Numbered from the stretch's first letter, positions 21,698-30,937 are shown. The stretch is 32,000 nt of DNA from an uncultured Alphaproteobacteria bacterium (GCA_963931495.1 OZ007020.1:360001-392000); one strand, 5' to 3'. Numbers and translations: made by a program. The notes: a model not told the origin generated them from the sequence alone.

Positions 21698-21726
21698 ATT
21701 ATATAAAATTTTGCATGTGGGTTCAA
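21698..21726 (-). promoter_or_regulatory. Strong sigma70-type promoter (TTGAAC-17 nt-TATAAT)
   Basis: On the minus strand, TTGAAC lies at 21726-21721 and TATAAT at 21703-21698, with an exact 17-nt spacer. Confidence 0.65.
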
Positions 21727-21733
21727 TCGCAAA

Positions 21734-22309
21734 TTAAAACAGGGATATTAATCCAATACCCAGGCCGGCCGCAATTATCGCCCCAATCGTTATCGGCCAG
21801 AAATATTTTTTTACAATCGCGTTTGCGCGTTCTTGGAAAAAATACAACAGTGTTGCAATTATCGCAAAGCGACCAGTGCGGAATATCGCAGATACACCGA
21901 CAAATATCCACAATGGATATCCAATGAACCCCAACCATATCGCCAACAGTTTGTATGGTATCGGGGTTACCGCGGTTAAAACAATAATCAGTATGCCGTA
22001 TTTGCTGAACATCGGTTTGATGGCCGTGTCAATTAATTCTGGATTAGTAAATGTGTTTATTATCCACATGCCAAGTGAATCCCATAACCATGCACCAATC
22101 AGATATGCAATTATGCCACCAACAATTGAACCCAGTGCCGCGGCAATTGTTATCGGTAACGCGCGTTTCTTGTTCGCGATGATTGGCGGGGTCATAAATA
22201 CTTCGGGTGGAATAAATAAAAATATTGATTCGCAGATTGTCAAGAAAAATACAATCCATGAATATGCGCGGCTTTCTGATTTGCTTAATATATATTCTGC
22301 GAATTTCAT
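21734..22309 (-). CDS. YqaA/DedA-family inner-membrane protein
   Basis: 191 aa and multi-TM. FFLTICESIFLFIPPEVFM...ALGSIVGGIIAYLIG is the DedA/SNARE-associated core pattern. Confidence 0.7.
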   Translation of the reverse strand: MKFAEYILSKSESRAYSWIVFFLTICESIFLFIPPEVFMTPPIIANKKRALPITIAAALGSIVGGIIAYLIGAWLWDSLGMWIINTFTNPELIDTAIKPMFSKYGILIIVLTAVTPIPYKLLAIWLGFIGYPLWIFVGVSAIFRTGRFAIIATLLYFFQERANAIVKKYFWPITIGAIIAAGLGIGLISLF

Positions 22310-22390
22310 TTATCTCTCGGTTCCCATGGTTGATTCAAAAAAATTTACTTGATTGTAAATTAATATTTTATACTTTACAATACATTATAT

Positions 22391-22762
22391 ATGGTGAATG
22401 CAAATATGATGAAAAAACAAAATAATTCCAATCGTGCAGAACGTGTGGCCAGTAAAGTTCAAACACTGGTCGCAGAAATATTGCGCAGTCAGTTTGGCGA
22501 TGATGAATTGCTGGGCGGGGTGTCGCTGGTCGGCGCCGTGGCACATGGCGGATTACAATTCGTGCGATTGTTCTTTTATTCCCATAATAAAAATATTGCC
22601 GATGTTCAACGACGATTGGACCAAGAAACAAAAACGATTCGTTATGAACTGGCCGCGCGAATGAATCAAAAATATGTGCCAGAAATCCGTTTTGAATATG
22701 ACGATACGCTGGAACGGGCCGCGCGAATTGATGAAATTTTTGCCAAATTAAACGAAAAATAG
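22391..22762 (+). CDS. rbfA: Ribosome-binding factor A
   Basis: RAERVASKVQTLVAEILR.., YVPEIRFEYDDTLERAARIDEI and a length of 123 aa. Confidence 0.88.
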   Translation: MVNANMMKKQNNSNRAERVASKVQTLVAEILRSQFGDDELLGGVSLVGAVAHGGLQFVRLFFYSHNKNIADVQRRLDQETKTIRYELAARMNQKYVPEIRFEYDDTLERAARIDEIFAKLNEK

Positions 22763-22778
22763 TTTTATGAAAATTTGG

Positions 22779-22807
22779 TTGCAAGTTCGTATATACTGGT
22801 GTATTAT
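22779..22807 (+). promoter_or_regulatory. Putative lepA promoter (TTGCAA-17 nt-TATTAT)
   Basis: TTGCAA at 22779-22784 and TATTAT at 22802-22807. The listed TTG start at 22807 overlaps the -10. Confidence 0.5.
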
Positions 22808-22830
22808 TGCCGCATAACGCGCGGTATAGT

Positions 22831-24627
22831 ATGAATCAAAAGTATATCAGAAATTTTGCAATCGTTGCACATATTGACCATGGTAAGTCAACGCTGTCTG
22901 ACCGGTTGATTGAATATACCGGCGGATTGCAATCGCGCGAAATGAAGGCCCAGGTACTGGATTCTATGGACATTGAACGTGAACGTGGAATAACAATCAA
23001 GGCGCAAACAGTGCGATTAAATTATACGGCCAAGGATGGACAGGTTTATCAATTAAATCTGATGGATACCCCCGGACATGTTGACTTTTCATATGAAGTA
23101 TCACGCAGTTTGGCCGCATGTGAAGGCGCATTGATTTTGGTTGATGCAACCCAGGGGGTCCAGGCGCAAACACTGGCAAATGCATATTTGGCGTTGGATA
23201 ACGATTTGGAAATGTTGCCGGTTCTGAACAAGATTGACTTGCCGTCCAGTGATGTTGATGCCGCACGCCAGCAGATTGCCGATGCGATTGGATTGGACGC
23301 GTCAAATGCGATTTGTGTGTCGGGAAAGACAGGTGCCGGCGTTCCAGAATTGTTGGAAGAAATTGTTCATAAATTGCCCGCCCCAGACGGTGATGAAAAT
23401 GCCCCGGCGCGCGCGCTGTTGGTGGATTCGTGGTATGATTCTTATCTGGGGGTTGTGATTCTGGTGCGGGTTGTTGATGGGCAATTGGCGCGTGGTCAGA
23501 AAATTCGCTTTATGGCAACAGGTGCAGAATATGTGATTGAAAAAATCGGATGTTTTACACCAAAAATGATTGATACAGATGCGTTGCTGACCGGTGAAAT
23601 CGGATTTATTATCACAGGAATGAAAACAATCCATGATTGCAAGGTCGGCGATACAATTATTGATGCGCGTGCGGGTGCGGCGTGCGAACCGTTGCCGGGT
23701 TTCAAGCCGTCTGTGCCGGTTGTTTTTTCGTCGTTTTTCCCAGTATCGGCGGATGATTATCCGAATTTGCGCGATGGCGCAGAAAAATTGGCGTTGAATG
23801 ACGCGTCGTTCGTGTTTACAACAGAAAAGTCATCTGCACTGGGGTTTGGATTGCGGTGTGGGTTCTTGGGGTTGTTGCATATGGAAATTATCAGTGAACG
23901 TTTGCGCCGTGAATTTGGATTGAACTTGATTAATACGGTGCCAAGCGTGTTGTATAAAATTCATATGCGTGATGGCAGTATCGTTGATCTGGAAAATCCC
24001 GCAGATATGCCAGATGTTACAAAAATTGAATCTGTTGATGAACCGTGGGTGCGGGCAACAATTATGATGCCTGATAAGTATATGGGCGGAATTATGTCAC
24101 TGTGTTCCGAACGGCGCGGGGTGCAAGAAAATATCTCTTATGTTGGTAATCGCGCCGTGTTGGTATACCAGTTGCCATTGGCGGAAATTGTGTTTGATTT
24201 TTATGACAGGGTAAAATCTATATCGTCGGGCTATGCATCGTTTGACTATGTCGTTCAGGGATATCAGCCGTCTGATTTGGTCAAAGTGTCCATATTGGTT
24301 AATGAAGAAAATGTAGAACCACTGTCTTTTATGTGTCATCGCAGCGCCGCAGAAAAACGGGGGCGCCAAATTGTTGAAAAATTAAAAGATTTAATCCCAA
24401 GACATCAATTCAAAATTCCGTTACAGGCCGCAATCGGTGGTAAAATTATCGCACGTGAAACAATTGCGGCATATCGCAAGGATGTAACAGCAAAATGCTA
24501 TGGCGGGGATATTACGCGCAAGCGCAAATTGCTGGAAAAGCAAAAGGAGGGAAAAAAACGTATGCGGACATTCGGTAATGTGGAAATACCCCAGTCTGCA
24601 TTCATAAACGCATTGAAAGTAAACTGA
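22831..24627 (+). CDS. lepA: Elongation factor 4 (translational GTPase LepA)
   Basis: [29 protein letters not shown] and the LepA-specific C-terminal region ..[22 protein letters not shown]. Start at the ATG at 22831. Confidence 0.95.
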   Translation: MNQKYIRNFAIVAHIDHGKSTLSDRLIEYTGGLQSREMKAQVLDSMDIERERGITIKAQTVRLNYTAKDGQVYQLNLMDTPGHVDFSYEVSRSLAACEGALILVDATQGVQAQTLANAYLALDNDLEMLPVLNKIDLPSSDVDAARQQIADAIGLDASNAICVSGKTGAGVPELLEEIVHKLPAPDGDENAPARALLVDSWYDSYLGVVILVRVVDGQLARGQKIRFMATGAEYVIEKIGCFTPKMIDTDALLTGEIGFIITGMKTIHDCKVGDTIIDARAGAACEPLPGFKPSVPVVFSSFFPVSADDYPNLRDGAEKLALNDASFVFTTEKSSALGFGLRCGFLGLLHMEIISERLRREFGLNLINTVPSVLYKIHMRDGSIVDLENPADMPDVTKIESVDEPWVRATIMMPDKYMGGIMSLCSERRGVQENISYVGNRAVLVYQLPLAEIVFDFYDRVKSISSGYASFDYVVQGYQPSDLVKVSILVNEENVEPLSFMCHRSAAEKRGRQIVEKLKDLIPRHQFKIPLQAAIGGKIIARETIAAYRKDVTAKCYGGDITRKRKLLEKQKEGKKRMRTFGNVEIPQSAFINALKVN

Positions 24628-24644
24628 TATAAAGGAACTGGGCC

Positions 24645-25061
24645 ATGTCTGTGTGGACGTATATACTTAAAACACCAATAAAAGTAATTCGGGCGGATTT
24701 CGCAGAATATAGAAAACTGAATCAAGACATTGCGCGTGTGGGACGTAATATGCAGAATGCACGTGTTAATATGATTGTGCGTATGGGGAAAAAATGGTGC
24801 GTGGTTCCATCGGCACGTGCGTATGCGGGCTGTGTGCAAAAATCTTGGACCCCAGAGTTAGATATTCAAATGGGAATTAATGTATTGCGTGAATATGAAT
24901 GTGAATGTCCGTTGTTCGTTCCAAACTGGTGGCCGTGTAATCAAGTAAACTGTCTGTATCACCAGTTTAACAACAAGTATTTTGAAAATAAAAATATTTA
25001 TGAAGTTCTGAAACGTAATAAGTCTGGGTTTTGGAAAGAAAAGTTTAACAAGGTACGATAA
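24645..25061 (+). CDS. Small Cys-box protein, paralogue 1 of 3 (unknown family)
   Basis: SD aagga sits 17 nt after the lepA stop. N-terminal WTYILKTPIKVIRADFAEYRKL. C-terminal PCNQVNCLYHQFNNKYF...FWKEKFNKVR. Confidence 0.6.
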   Translation: MSVWTYILKTPIKVIRADFAEYRKLNQDIARVGRNMQNARVNMIVRMGKKWCVVPSARAYAGCVQKSWTPELDIQMGINVLREYECECPLFVPNWWPCNQVNCLYHQFNNKYFENKNIYEVLKRNKSGFWKEKFNKVR

Positions 25062-25078
25062 ATGGTGGGGTTGTTGTT

Positions 25079-25360
25079 ATGTCTGGGTGGAAATATTTAA
25101 TTAAAACTTCGCGGAAAACGTTAAAATCAGATATCACAGAATATAAAAAACTGTGTGAACGTCTTGTGGATGCCAGGCGACAATATAATTTATCACGTGC
25201 ATCCTTTACAGATGTTGGATGTACGCGTTATCCATGCAAAGACATATATTGCAAATATTATGAAGTTAACCGAAATTATGGCGAAACGTTGCATATGATG
25301 CATATGTTGGAAAAACAGCGCAAGATTTACTGGGTGCAAAAGTTTGCAAACTGTCGGTAA
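25079..25360 (+). CDS. Small Cys-box protein, paralogue 2 of 3 (unknown family)
   Basis: WKYLIKTSRKTLKSDITEYKKL, PCKDIYCKYYEVNRNYG and YWVQKFANCR follow the same layout as the 24645 and 25695 genes. Confidence 0.55.
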   Translation: MSGWKYLIKTSRKTLKSDITEYKKLCERLVDARRQYNLSRASFTDVGCTRYPCKDIYCKYYEVNRNYGETLHMMHMLEKQRKIYWVQKFANCR

Positions 25361-25380
25361 AAAAAAACAAGGTGAATGTT

Positions 25381-25677
25381 ATGAATAAATTTAACGTTGT
25401 AAAAAAAACTGTTTCTGATTGTTTTAATATACGGCCGGGTGTAATCAATAAAACAACTCATCTGGAAAATGATTTAGAATTGGACAGTCTGGACAGAATT
25501 ATATTACAGGCGAAAATAGAATCAAAATGTAAAAATTTTTATCCAAATGTTAAAAACTGGGTGGAAAATGTTCAAACGGTCGGTGATATCGCAGATTATG
25601 TTGATATGTGCAATCATGTGAATTGTAAAAAATTCGGACTTATTGGGCTTATCGGCCGTTTCGGAAAATCAATGTAA
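25381..25677 (+). CDS. Divergent acyl-carrier-protein-like protein (second ACP)
   Basis: SD aaggtg lies 7 nt before the ATG at 25381. VKKTVSDCFNI..INKTTHLENDLELDSLDRIILQAKIE aligns with the ACP helix I-II region, including the DSL phosphopantetheine site. There is an extra Cys-containing C-terminal tail. Confidence 0.6.
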   Translation: MNKFNVVKKTVSDCFNIRPGVINKTTHLENDLELDSLDRIILQAKIESKCKNFYPNVKNWVENVQTVGDIADYVDMCNHVNCKKFGLIGLIGRFGKSM

Positions 25678-25694
25678 ACAAGGGAAATAAAAAT

Positions 25695-26084
25695 ATGAAA
25701 ATAATTCAATATATGTTAACAACACCAATAAAACAACAACGTGCGGACCTTGCGGAATGGCGTATATTACAATACAAATGCGCGTCACTGCATTTGGATA
25801 AATTTTGCGCATATGATTCGCTGATTCGGTTTGTTAACGAAAATCAAAATCCGCATGATATACGGGCGTGTGTAAAGCGGCCTGAAAATTGGCAACAGTT
25901 CATGTCCGTCCCAGACGATTCGTTTTGTAAAAAATTTAATCCAAATAATATGATGGGGGCGTGCGATGAACAAAATTGTCCTTTCTATCAGCGCAATAAT
26001 GCATTCTTTAATATTTTGAAACGGTATGAAAGCGCGATTACAGCACGGCGTGATTTTTGGGATAATAAAATGAATCAGCGTTAG
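25695..26084 (+). CDS. Small Cys-box protein, paralogue 3 of 3 (unknown family)
   Basis: IQYMLTTPIKQQRADLAEWRIL, ACDEQNCPFYQRNNAFF and FWDNKMNQR. SD aaggga. Confidence 0.6.
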   Translation: MKIIQYMLTTPIKQQRADLAEWRILQYKCASLHLDKFCAYDSLIRFVNENQNPHDIRACVKRPENWQQFMSVPDDSFCKKFNPNNMMGACDEQNCPFYQRNNAFFNILKRYESAITARRDFWDNKMNQR

Positions 26085-26107
26085 TCTTTCTGGACGGGGG
26101 GAATATC

Positions 26108-27106
26108 ATGGCACATCAATTCTTTTTTAATCCGTTTATATTGGATAACTTGCCGACACCAAGTGCGGGATTTGATGTGGTCCAGGATATATCTGAACCG
26201 CGTCTGCGTATGTATATCACCAGTCGCGGGATAAAAACATTCTTTGTGCGTAAACGTGTACATGGGCGGGACAAGCGTATAATAATTGGAAATTATCCGG
26301 ATATTGATGTTGAAACAGCACGTGGAATGGTGCCATCTGTGTTGGCGCGCGCAATGGAAAAACCACGCCGTCGCAATAAAAAAATTACAATGCGCAAATT
26401 TCTGGATATATATTTGACGAACCGAATTCGCAGAAACAGTTATTCGCGCGAAAAATTGGAACGCGCAATAAGACGGCATCTGTCACCACTGTTTGATATG
26501 CCATTGAATGAAATTTCAGATGCTGATATTGCCAATGTTATCATATGTATCCATGGCCCGGCCATCGCAGCCCGTATGCAGGATTTGTTACAAAGTGTTT
26601 ACAAGTATGCAATTGATAATGGGTATGCCAATGAAAATCCAGTTGCGAAATTACAGAAAATAAAGCCTGTGCGTCGTGTGCGGCCGTTGAATATGGCGGG
26701 GTTCCATCGGCTGGTGGGGGCAATAAAACGCGAACCTGTCCAGAATTTGCGCGCGGCGTTTTTAATGCTGGTGTACGGTTTCGCACCGAAATCACGTGTC
26801 TTTGCAATGCAATGGCGTGACCTGGATTTTAACCTTTATATGTGGAATGATTGGCCACTGTCTGATGCCGCGGTTGTTTTGTTACAGGATTTGCCGCAAA
26901 ATGGCCGTTGGGTATTTCCTGGACGGGGACGGGGGCATTTGACAGATCCGCGTGTCGCATGGCAGCGGATTGTGACCAAGGCCGGTATCCCAAATGTGAC
27001 AATGGACGATGTGCATAAATTCTTGATGCGACAATTGGTCTGGGCCCCAGACAAGGAAGATATTCGTGCAAATATGAATGATGTTTTGGTAAATGCGCTT
27101 GGTTGA
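26108..27106 (+). CDS. P4-type tyrosine-recombinase homologue, catalytically degenerate and C-terminally truncated
   Basis: N-terminal arm-binding (DUF4102-like) pattern ..RLRMYITSRGIKTFFVRKRVHGRDKRIIIGNYPDIDVETAR, then WRDLDF and VFPG. The HxLRRT box reads TMDDVHKF. The ORF stops at ..NALG, where LGH precedes the catalytic Tyr in intact enzymes. Confidence 0.65.
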   Translation: MAHQFFFNPFILDNLPTPSAGFDVVQDISEPRLRMYITSRGIKTFFVRKRVHGRDKRIIIGNYPDIDVETARGMVPSVLARAMEKPRRRNKKITMRKFLDIYLTNRIRRNSYSREKLERAIRRHLSPLFDMPLNEISDADIANVIICIHGPAIAARMQDLLQSVYKYAIDNGYANENPVAKLQKIKPVRRVRPLNMAGFHRLVGAIKREPVQNLRAAFLMLVYGFAPKSRVFAMQWRDLDFNLYMWNDWPLSDAAVVLLQDLPQNGRWVFPGRGRGHLTDPRVAWQRIVTKAGIPNVTMDDVHKFLMRQLVWAPDKEDIRANMNDVLVNALG

Positions 27107-27242
27107 TACATATATTTTTGCATTTGTCAAGTGTTTGTTATCGTTTGTTATAATTTCTTGACACTGTTTGCATAAAATGATAGTTTTAAGTAATGACGCC
27201 CGTGTTCGGGCCAAAAATTTAACAAGAATAAAGGATAAAAAT

Positions 27243-27476
27243 ATGACAACTTTTGAACGTGTAAAAAAAATTGTGTCTGAAAAATTGAGTATACCAGAAG
27301 CGCGAATTGAAGAAAATTCGTCTTTTGTAAATGATTTGGGCGCAGATTCTTTGGACGTCGTGGAATTTGTTATGGCCGTGGAACAGGAATTTGGTATTGA
27401 AATTCCAGATGATGCCGCAGCAAAATTAACAACTGTGGGCGAAGCGGTTAAGTATATTGATGCACATAAAAAATAA
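27243..27476 (+). CDS. acpP: Acyl carrier protein
   Basis: [15 protein letters not shown]...[30 protein letters not shown] is canonical AcpP. The ATG at 27243 follows aagga, and the listed 27168 start is an extension. Confidence 0.95.
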   Translation: MTTFERVKKIVSEKLSIPEARIEENSSFVNDLGADSLDVVEFVMAVEQEFGIEIPDDAAAKLTTVGEAVKYIDAHKK

Positions 27477-27509
27477 TAGTTTGGGGTTTGTGTATCAAGA
27501 ATAGTAAAG

Positions 27510-27544
27510 TCCGTCGCGATATTTTTTGCGTGACGGATTTTTTT
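27510..27544 (+). terminator. Rho-independent terminator / attenuator after acpP
   Basis: tccgtcgcg..cgtgacgga stem followed by T7. Confidence 0.65.
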
Positions 27545-27613
27545 CTGTACGTTGATTGTTAAACGTTATATTATAATTGCATCGTACAGGTTTTATTACA
27601 AAGGATATGTGGT

Positions 27614-28867
27614 ATGAAAAGAGTTGTTATTACCGGCATGGGAATTGTATCACCGGTTGGAACAGGCGTTGAATATGCATGGAAAAATATTGTTAATGGT
27701 GTGTCTGGGGTGCGGAAAATTGATACATTTGATGCATCTGATTTGGCATCGCAAATTGCGGGATTACCGGTTGTGGGGACTGAACCAGGGCAATATAATC
27801 CAGATGCGGTTGTTGATGCGCGCGAACAGCGTAAAATGGATAAATGTATTATATACGGCGTTGTTGCCGCAGATGAAGCAATCAAAGATGCCGGATTGGC
27901 CGAATACGATGGGGACAAAACCAGAATGGGCGTTTCAATTGGTGCGGGCATTGGTGGATTGAATACGATTTATGATAACTGTGTTGAATTGTATGCAAAT
28001 GGTCCACGACACATCAGTCCGTTCTTTATCCCAAAGGTTATTATTAATATGACCGCGGGACATGTTTCTATTAAATATGGGCTGAAAGGACCGAATCTGT
28101 CTGTTGTTACAGCATGCGCGTCGGCGGCGCATTCAATTGGCGAAGCCGTGCGGTTAATCCAGCATGGTGATGCAGATGTTATGGTTGCTGGTGGTGCCGA
28201 AGGTGCGGTTGGTAAAATTGGCGTCGCAGGATTCTGTGCAATGAAGGCGTTGTCAACGCGTAATGATGAACCAGAAAAAGCATCGCGCCCATGGGATAAA
28301 GGTCGTGATGGATTTATCATTGCCGAAGGTGCCGGTATTTTGGTTCTGGAAGAATACGAACATGCGATTAAGCGTGGCGCAAAAATTTATGCCGAAGTTG
28401 CTGGGTACGGTTTATCCGGTGACGCATATCATATTACGGCACCGGCCCCAGGGGGCGAAGGTGGGCTGCGTGCAATGCAGGCGGCATTAAAAGATGCCGG
28501 AATGCAACCGGGCGACGTTGATTATATCAATGCACATGGAACATCAACAGGTTTGGGTGACATGGGTGAATTGGCCGCGGTAAAGACGTTGTTTGCCGGT
28601 GCCGATGTTTCAATGTCTTCAACAAAATCTATGACAGGTCACTTGTTGGGTGCCGCCGGTGGGATAGAGGCGATATTTTGTGTGATGGCAATTCGTGACG
28701 GAATTGTGCCACCAACAATTAATCTGGAAAATCCAGAAGAAGAGGTTGGTGATTTTGATTTAGTTCCGAATGTTGCCAAAAAACGCACGGTTGATGTTGC
28801 GTTAAGCAATTCGTTTGGTTTCGGTGGTACGAATGCCAGTTTGATTATTAAACGATTTGAAAAATAA
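27614..28867 (+). CDS. fabF: 3-oxoacyl-ACP synthase II
   Basis: VVITGMGIVSPVG, the active-site context VVTACASAAHSIG, INAHGTSTGLGD, HLLGAAG and NSFGFGGTNASL. Confidence 0.95.
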   Translation: MKRVVITGMGIVSPVGTGVEYAWKNIVNGVSGVRKIDTFDASDLASQIAGLPVVGTEPGQYNPDAVVDAREQRKMDKCIIYGVVAADEAIKDAGLAEYDGDKTRMGVSIGAGIGGLNTIYDNCVELYANGPRHISPFFIPKVIINMTAGHVSIKYGLKGPNLSVVTACASAAHSIGEAVRLIQHGDADVMVAGGAEGAVGKIGVAGFCAMKALSTRNDEPEKASRPWDKGRDGFIIAEGAGILVLEEYEHAIKRGAKIYAEVAGYGLSGDAYHITAPAPGGEGGLRAMQAALKDAGMQPGDVDYINAHGTSTGLGDMGELAAVKTLFAGADVSMSSTKSMTGHLLGAAGGIEAIFCVMAIRDGIVPPTINLENPEEEVGDFDLVPNVAKKRTVDVALSNSFGFGGTNASLIIKRFEK

Positions 28868-28870
28868 AAA

Positions 28871-28891
28871 ATGCCCCGAATGGGGCATTTC
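28871..28891 (+). terminator. Rho-independent terminator after fabF
   Basis: atgcccc-gaat-ggggcat followed by ttt. Confidence 0.7.
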
Positions 28892-28954
28892 TTATATCTT
28901 GTTTTATTTTTATATACATATTTTGTATGAATAAAATCAATTAACGCGATAGAT

Positions 28955-28987
28955 AAAAAAAAAACGGGCAATGCCCGTTTTTTTATT
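28955..28987. terminator. Bidirectional A/T-flanked terminator hairpin
   Basis: aaaaaaaaaacggg-caatg-cccgttttttt, abutting the stop of the minus-strand synthetase gene. Confidence 0.7.
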
Positions 28988-30668
28988 ATTTGTCATCATC
29001 TTTGCCGAATCCAATCGTGCTTTTGATTGGTTCAATAATTGTGTTTTTGGCACTGTCCAGCGTGCGTATTAATGCACGACGAATTTTGCCACTGATTGTC
29101 ATCGGCAGACTGTCCACGAATTCAATTACACGTGGATATTTGTATGATGCAGTGCGACTGCGTACATGATCTTGTAATTGACGCACAAGAACATCTGTTC
29201 CTTGGAAATATTTATTCAGAACAATTGTCGCCTTGACCGCCATGCCACGTGATGGGTCGGGAATTCCAGTAACGGCAACTTCGCGGACGGCGGGATGTTC
29301 CAGCAGCACACTTTCAACCTCAAACGGGCTGACGCGATATCCAGACGTTTTGATTAAATCATCGTTCCGGCCAACAAACCAATAGTATCCATCGTTGTCG
29401 CGGTACGCCACGTCCCCAGTATGATAGAATCCATCACGAAATACCTGGTTCGTCAGTTTTTCGTTTTTATGATAACCCTGGAATAATCCCACAGGACGGC
29501 CATTTTTTAACGATACGCAGATTTCACCAACTGTACCATTCGGAACAGGGCGTCCGCCTTCGTCCAATAACTGAACATCCCAGCCCGCTGCCGGCATGCC
29601 CATGCTGCCCGGTTTGGGTTCAATCCATTGATTTGTAAACAGCATTATGCATGTTTCTGTTTGACCGAAACCTTCGTGTAATTTGATGTCTGTGGCCGAT
29701 TGAAAGCGTTCAAAAACTTCTGGATTTAACGCTTCGCCGGCAACGTCAGCCTTGGTCAATGCGGATACATCATAATGTGTGAAATCAGCGTGTATTAACA
29801 TTTTATATACAGTTGGGGGTGCACAAAATGATGTTATGTGGTTGTCTGACATCGCGGACAATAAATCATGTGCGGTCGCGATTCCGGAAAAGTCATATAC
29901 AAATACGGTCGCGCCCGCCAGCCATTGGCCGTACATTTTGCCCCATGAACATTTTGCCCATCCTGATTCAGACAATGTAAAATGAATGTCGCCATCATGC
30001 AGACGTTGCCAAAACACGGCGGTGTTTATATGCCCCAGCGGATATACGAAATTATGTGCAACCATTTTGGGTAAATCTGTGGTGCCACTGGTGAAATATA
30101 TTACCATCGTATCAGTGTTATTATTTGGGACACGTGCAAATTCAGACGGCATTGTTTCCAGTGCGCCATCAATATCTGGGGTTAATATTAATTTAACATC
30201 AGATGTGCCGATTGCCGTCTTGATTTCGTTTATAATGTGTCCATCGTCGTATGCAAAAATATATTTCGCGTCGGCCTGGCGAATGCGGTATTCAATATCT
30301 TCGGCCTTTAACTGATTCGTTGATGGAATTGGTATGATTCCAGCCTTGTGCATGGCCAACATTAAAATCCAATATTCCCAGCGACGACGCATGAACAGCA
30401 ATGCAGTGTCGCCACGGTTCATGCCAAGTGATGTTAAATAATTTGCCAGTGCGCCCGACATTAACGATAAATCACGAAATGTAAAACGTTTGATTTCCCC
30501 CGAATCGTCGGTCCACAATAATGCCAAATTATTCGGTGTTTCTGTTGCCAATACATCAATTACATCATATGCAAAATTAAAGTTTTCTGGAACAACAGGG
30601 GCGCCATTTTGGATATAGTCTTCGTAACTGTCAAATTTATCTTTTTTCAGGAATTTTGATGCAAACAT
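28986..30668 (-). CDS. AMP-forming acyl-CoA synthetase (medium-chain/ACSM-like adenylate-forming enzyme)
   Basis: YFTSGTTDLPKMVAH (AMP-binding P-loop), GFGQTE, YHTGD and GRNDDLIKTSGYRVSPFEVE..SGKIRR. The ATG at 30668 follows aaggt. The listed 30692 start sits only a few nt after a TATAAT. Confidence 0.85.
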   Translation of the reverse strand: MFASKFLKKDKFDSYEDYIQNGAPVVPENFNFAYDVIDVLATETPNNLALLWTDDSGEIKRFTFRDLSLMSGALANYLTSLGMNRGDTALLFMRRRWEYWILMLAMHKAGIIPIPSTNQLKAEDIEYRIRQADAKYIFAYDDGHIINEIKTAIGTSDVKLILTPDIDGALETMPSEFARVPNNNTDTMVIYFTSGTTDLPKMVAHNFVYPLGHINTAVFWQRLHDGDIHFTLSESGWAKCSWGKMYGQWLAGATVFVYDFSGIATAHDLLSAMSDNHITSFCAPPTVYKMLIHADFTHYDVSALTKADVAGEALNPEVFERFQSATDIKLHEGFGQTETCIMLFTNQWIEPKPGSMGMPAAGWDVQLLDEGGRPVPNGTVGEICVSLKNGRPVGLFQGYHKNEKLTNQVFRDGFYHTGDVAYRDNDGYYWFVGRNDDLIKTSGYRVSPFEVESVLLEHPAVREVAVTGIPDPSRGMAVKATIVLNKYFQGTDVLVRQLQDHVRSRTASYKYPRVIEFVDSLPMTISGKIRRALIRTLDSAKNTIIEPIKSTIGFGKDDDK

Positions 30669-30773
30669 ATTCTGGTTACCTTTTTTGTTCATACATTAAT
30701 AAATTATAAATAGCCGTATGCAAGTATTGCAGATTATTTTCACAAGTAAAACAAAAATAATGAATAAAAAAAG

Positions 30774-30802
30774 TTGATTTTTTATTCCCATGGGTGCATA
30801 AT
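30774..30802 (+). promoter_or_regulatory. Putative tRNA promoter (TTGATT-17 nt-CATAAT)
   Basis: TTGATT at 30774-30779 and CATAAT at 30797-30802, about 20 nt upstream of the mature tRNA 5' end. Confidence 0.5.
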
Positions 30803-30823
30803 CGGCCTGGTTGTTTGGTGTTG

Positions 30824-30900
<77 letters not shown>

Positions 30901-30910
30901 TAAGTTTTTT

Positions 30911-30937
30911 GTGCGCCGTGGTGGCGTTTTTATTTTT
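30911..30937 (+). terminator. Weak terminator after the tRNA
   Basis: Short stem (g)cgcc/ggcg(t) followed by ttttt-a-tttttt. Confidence 0.35.
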
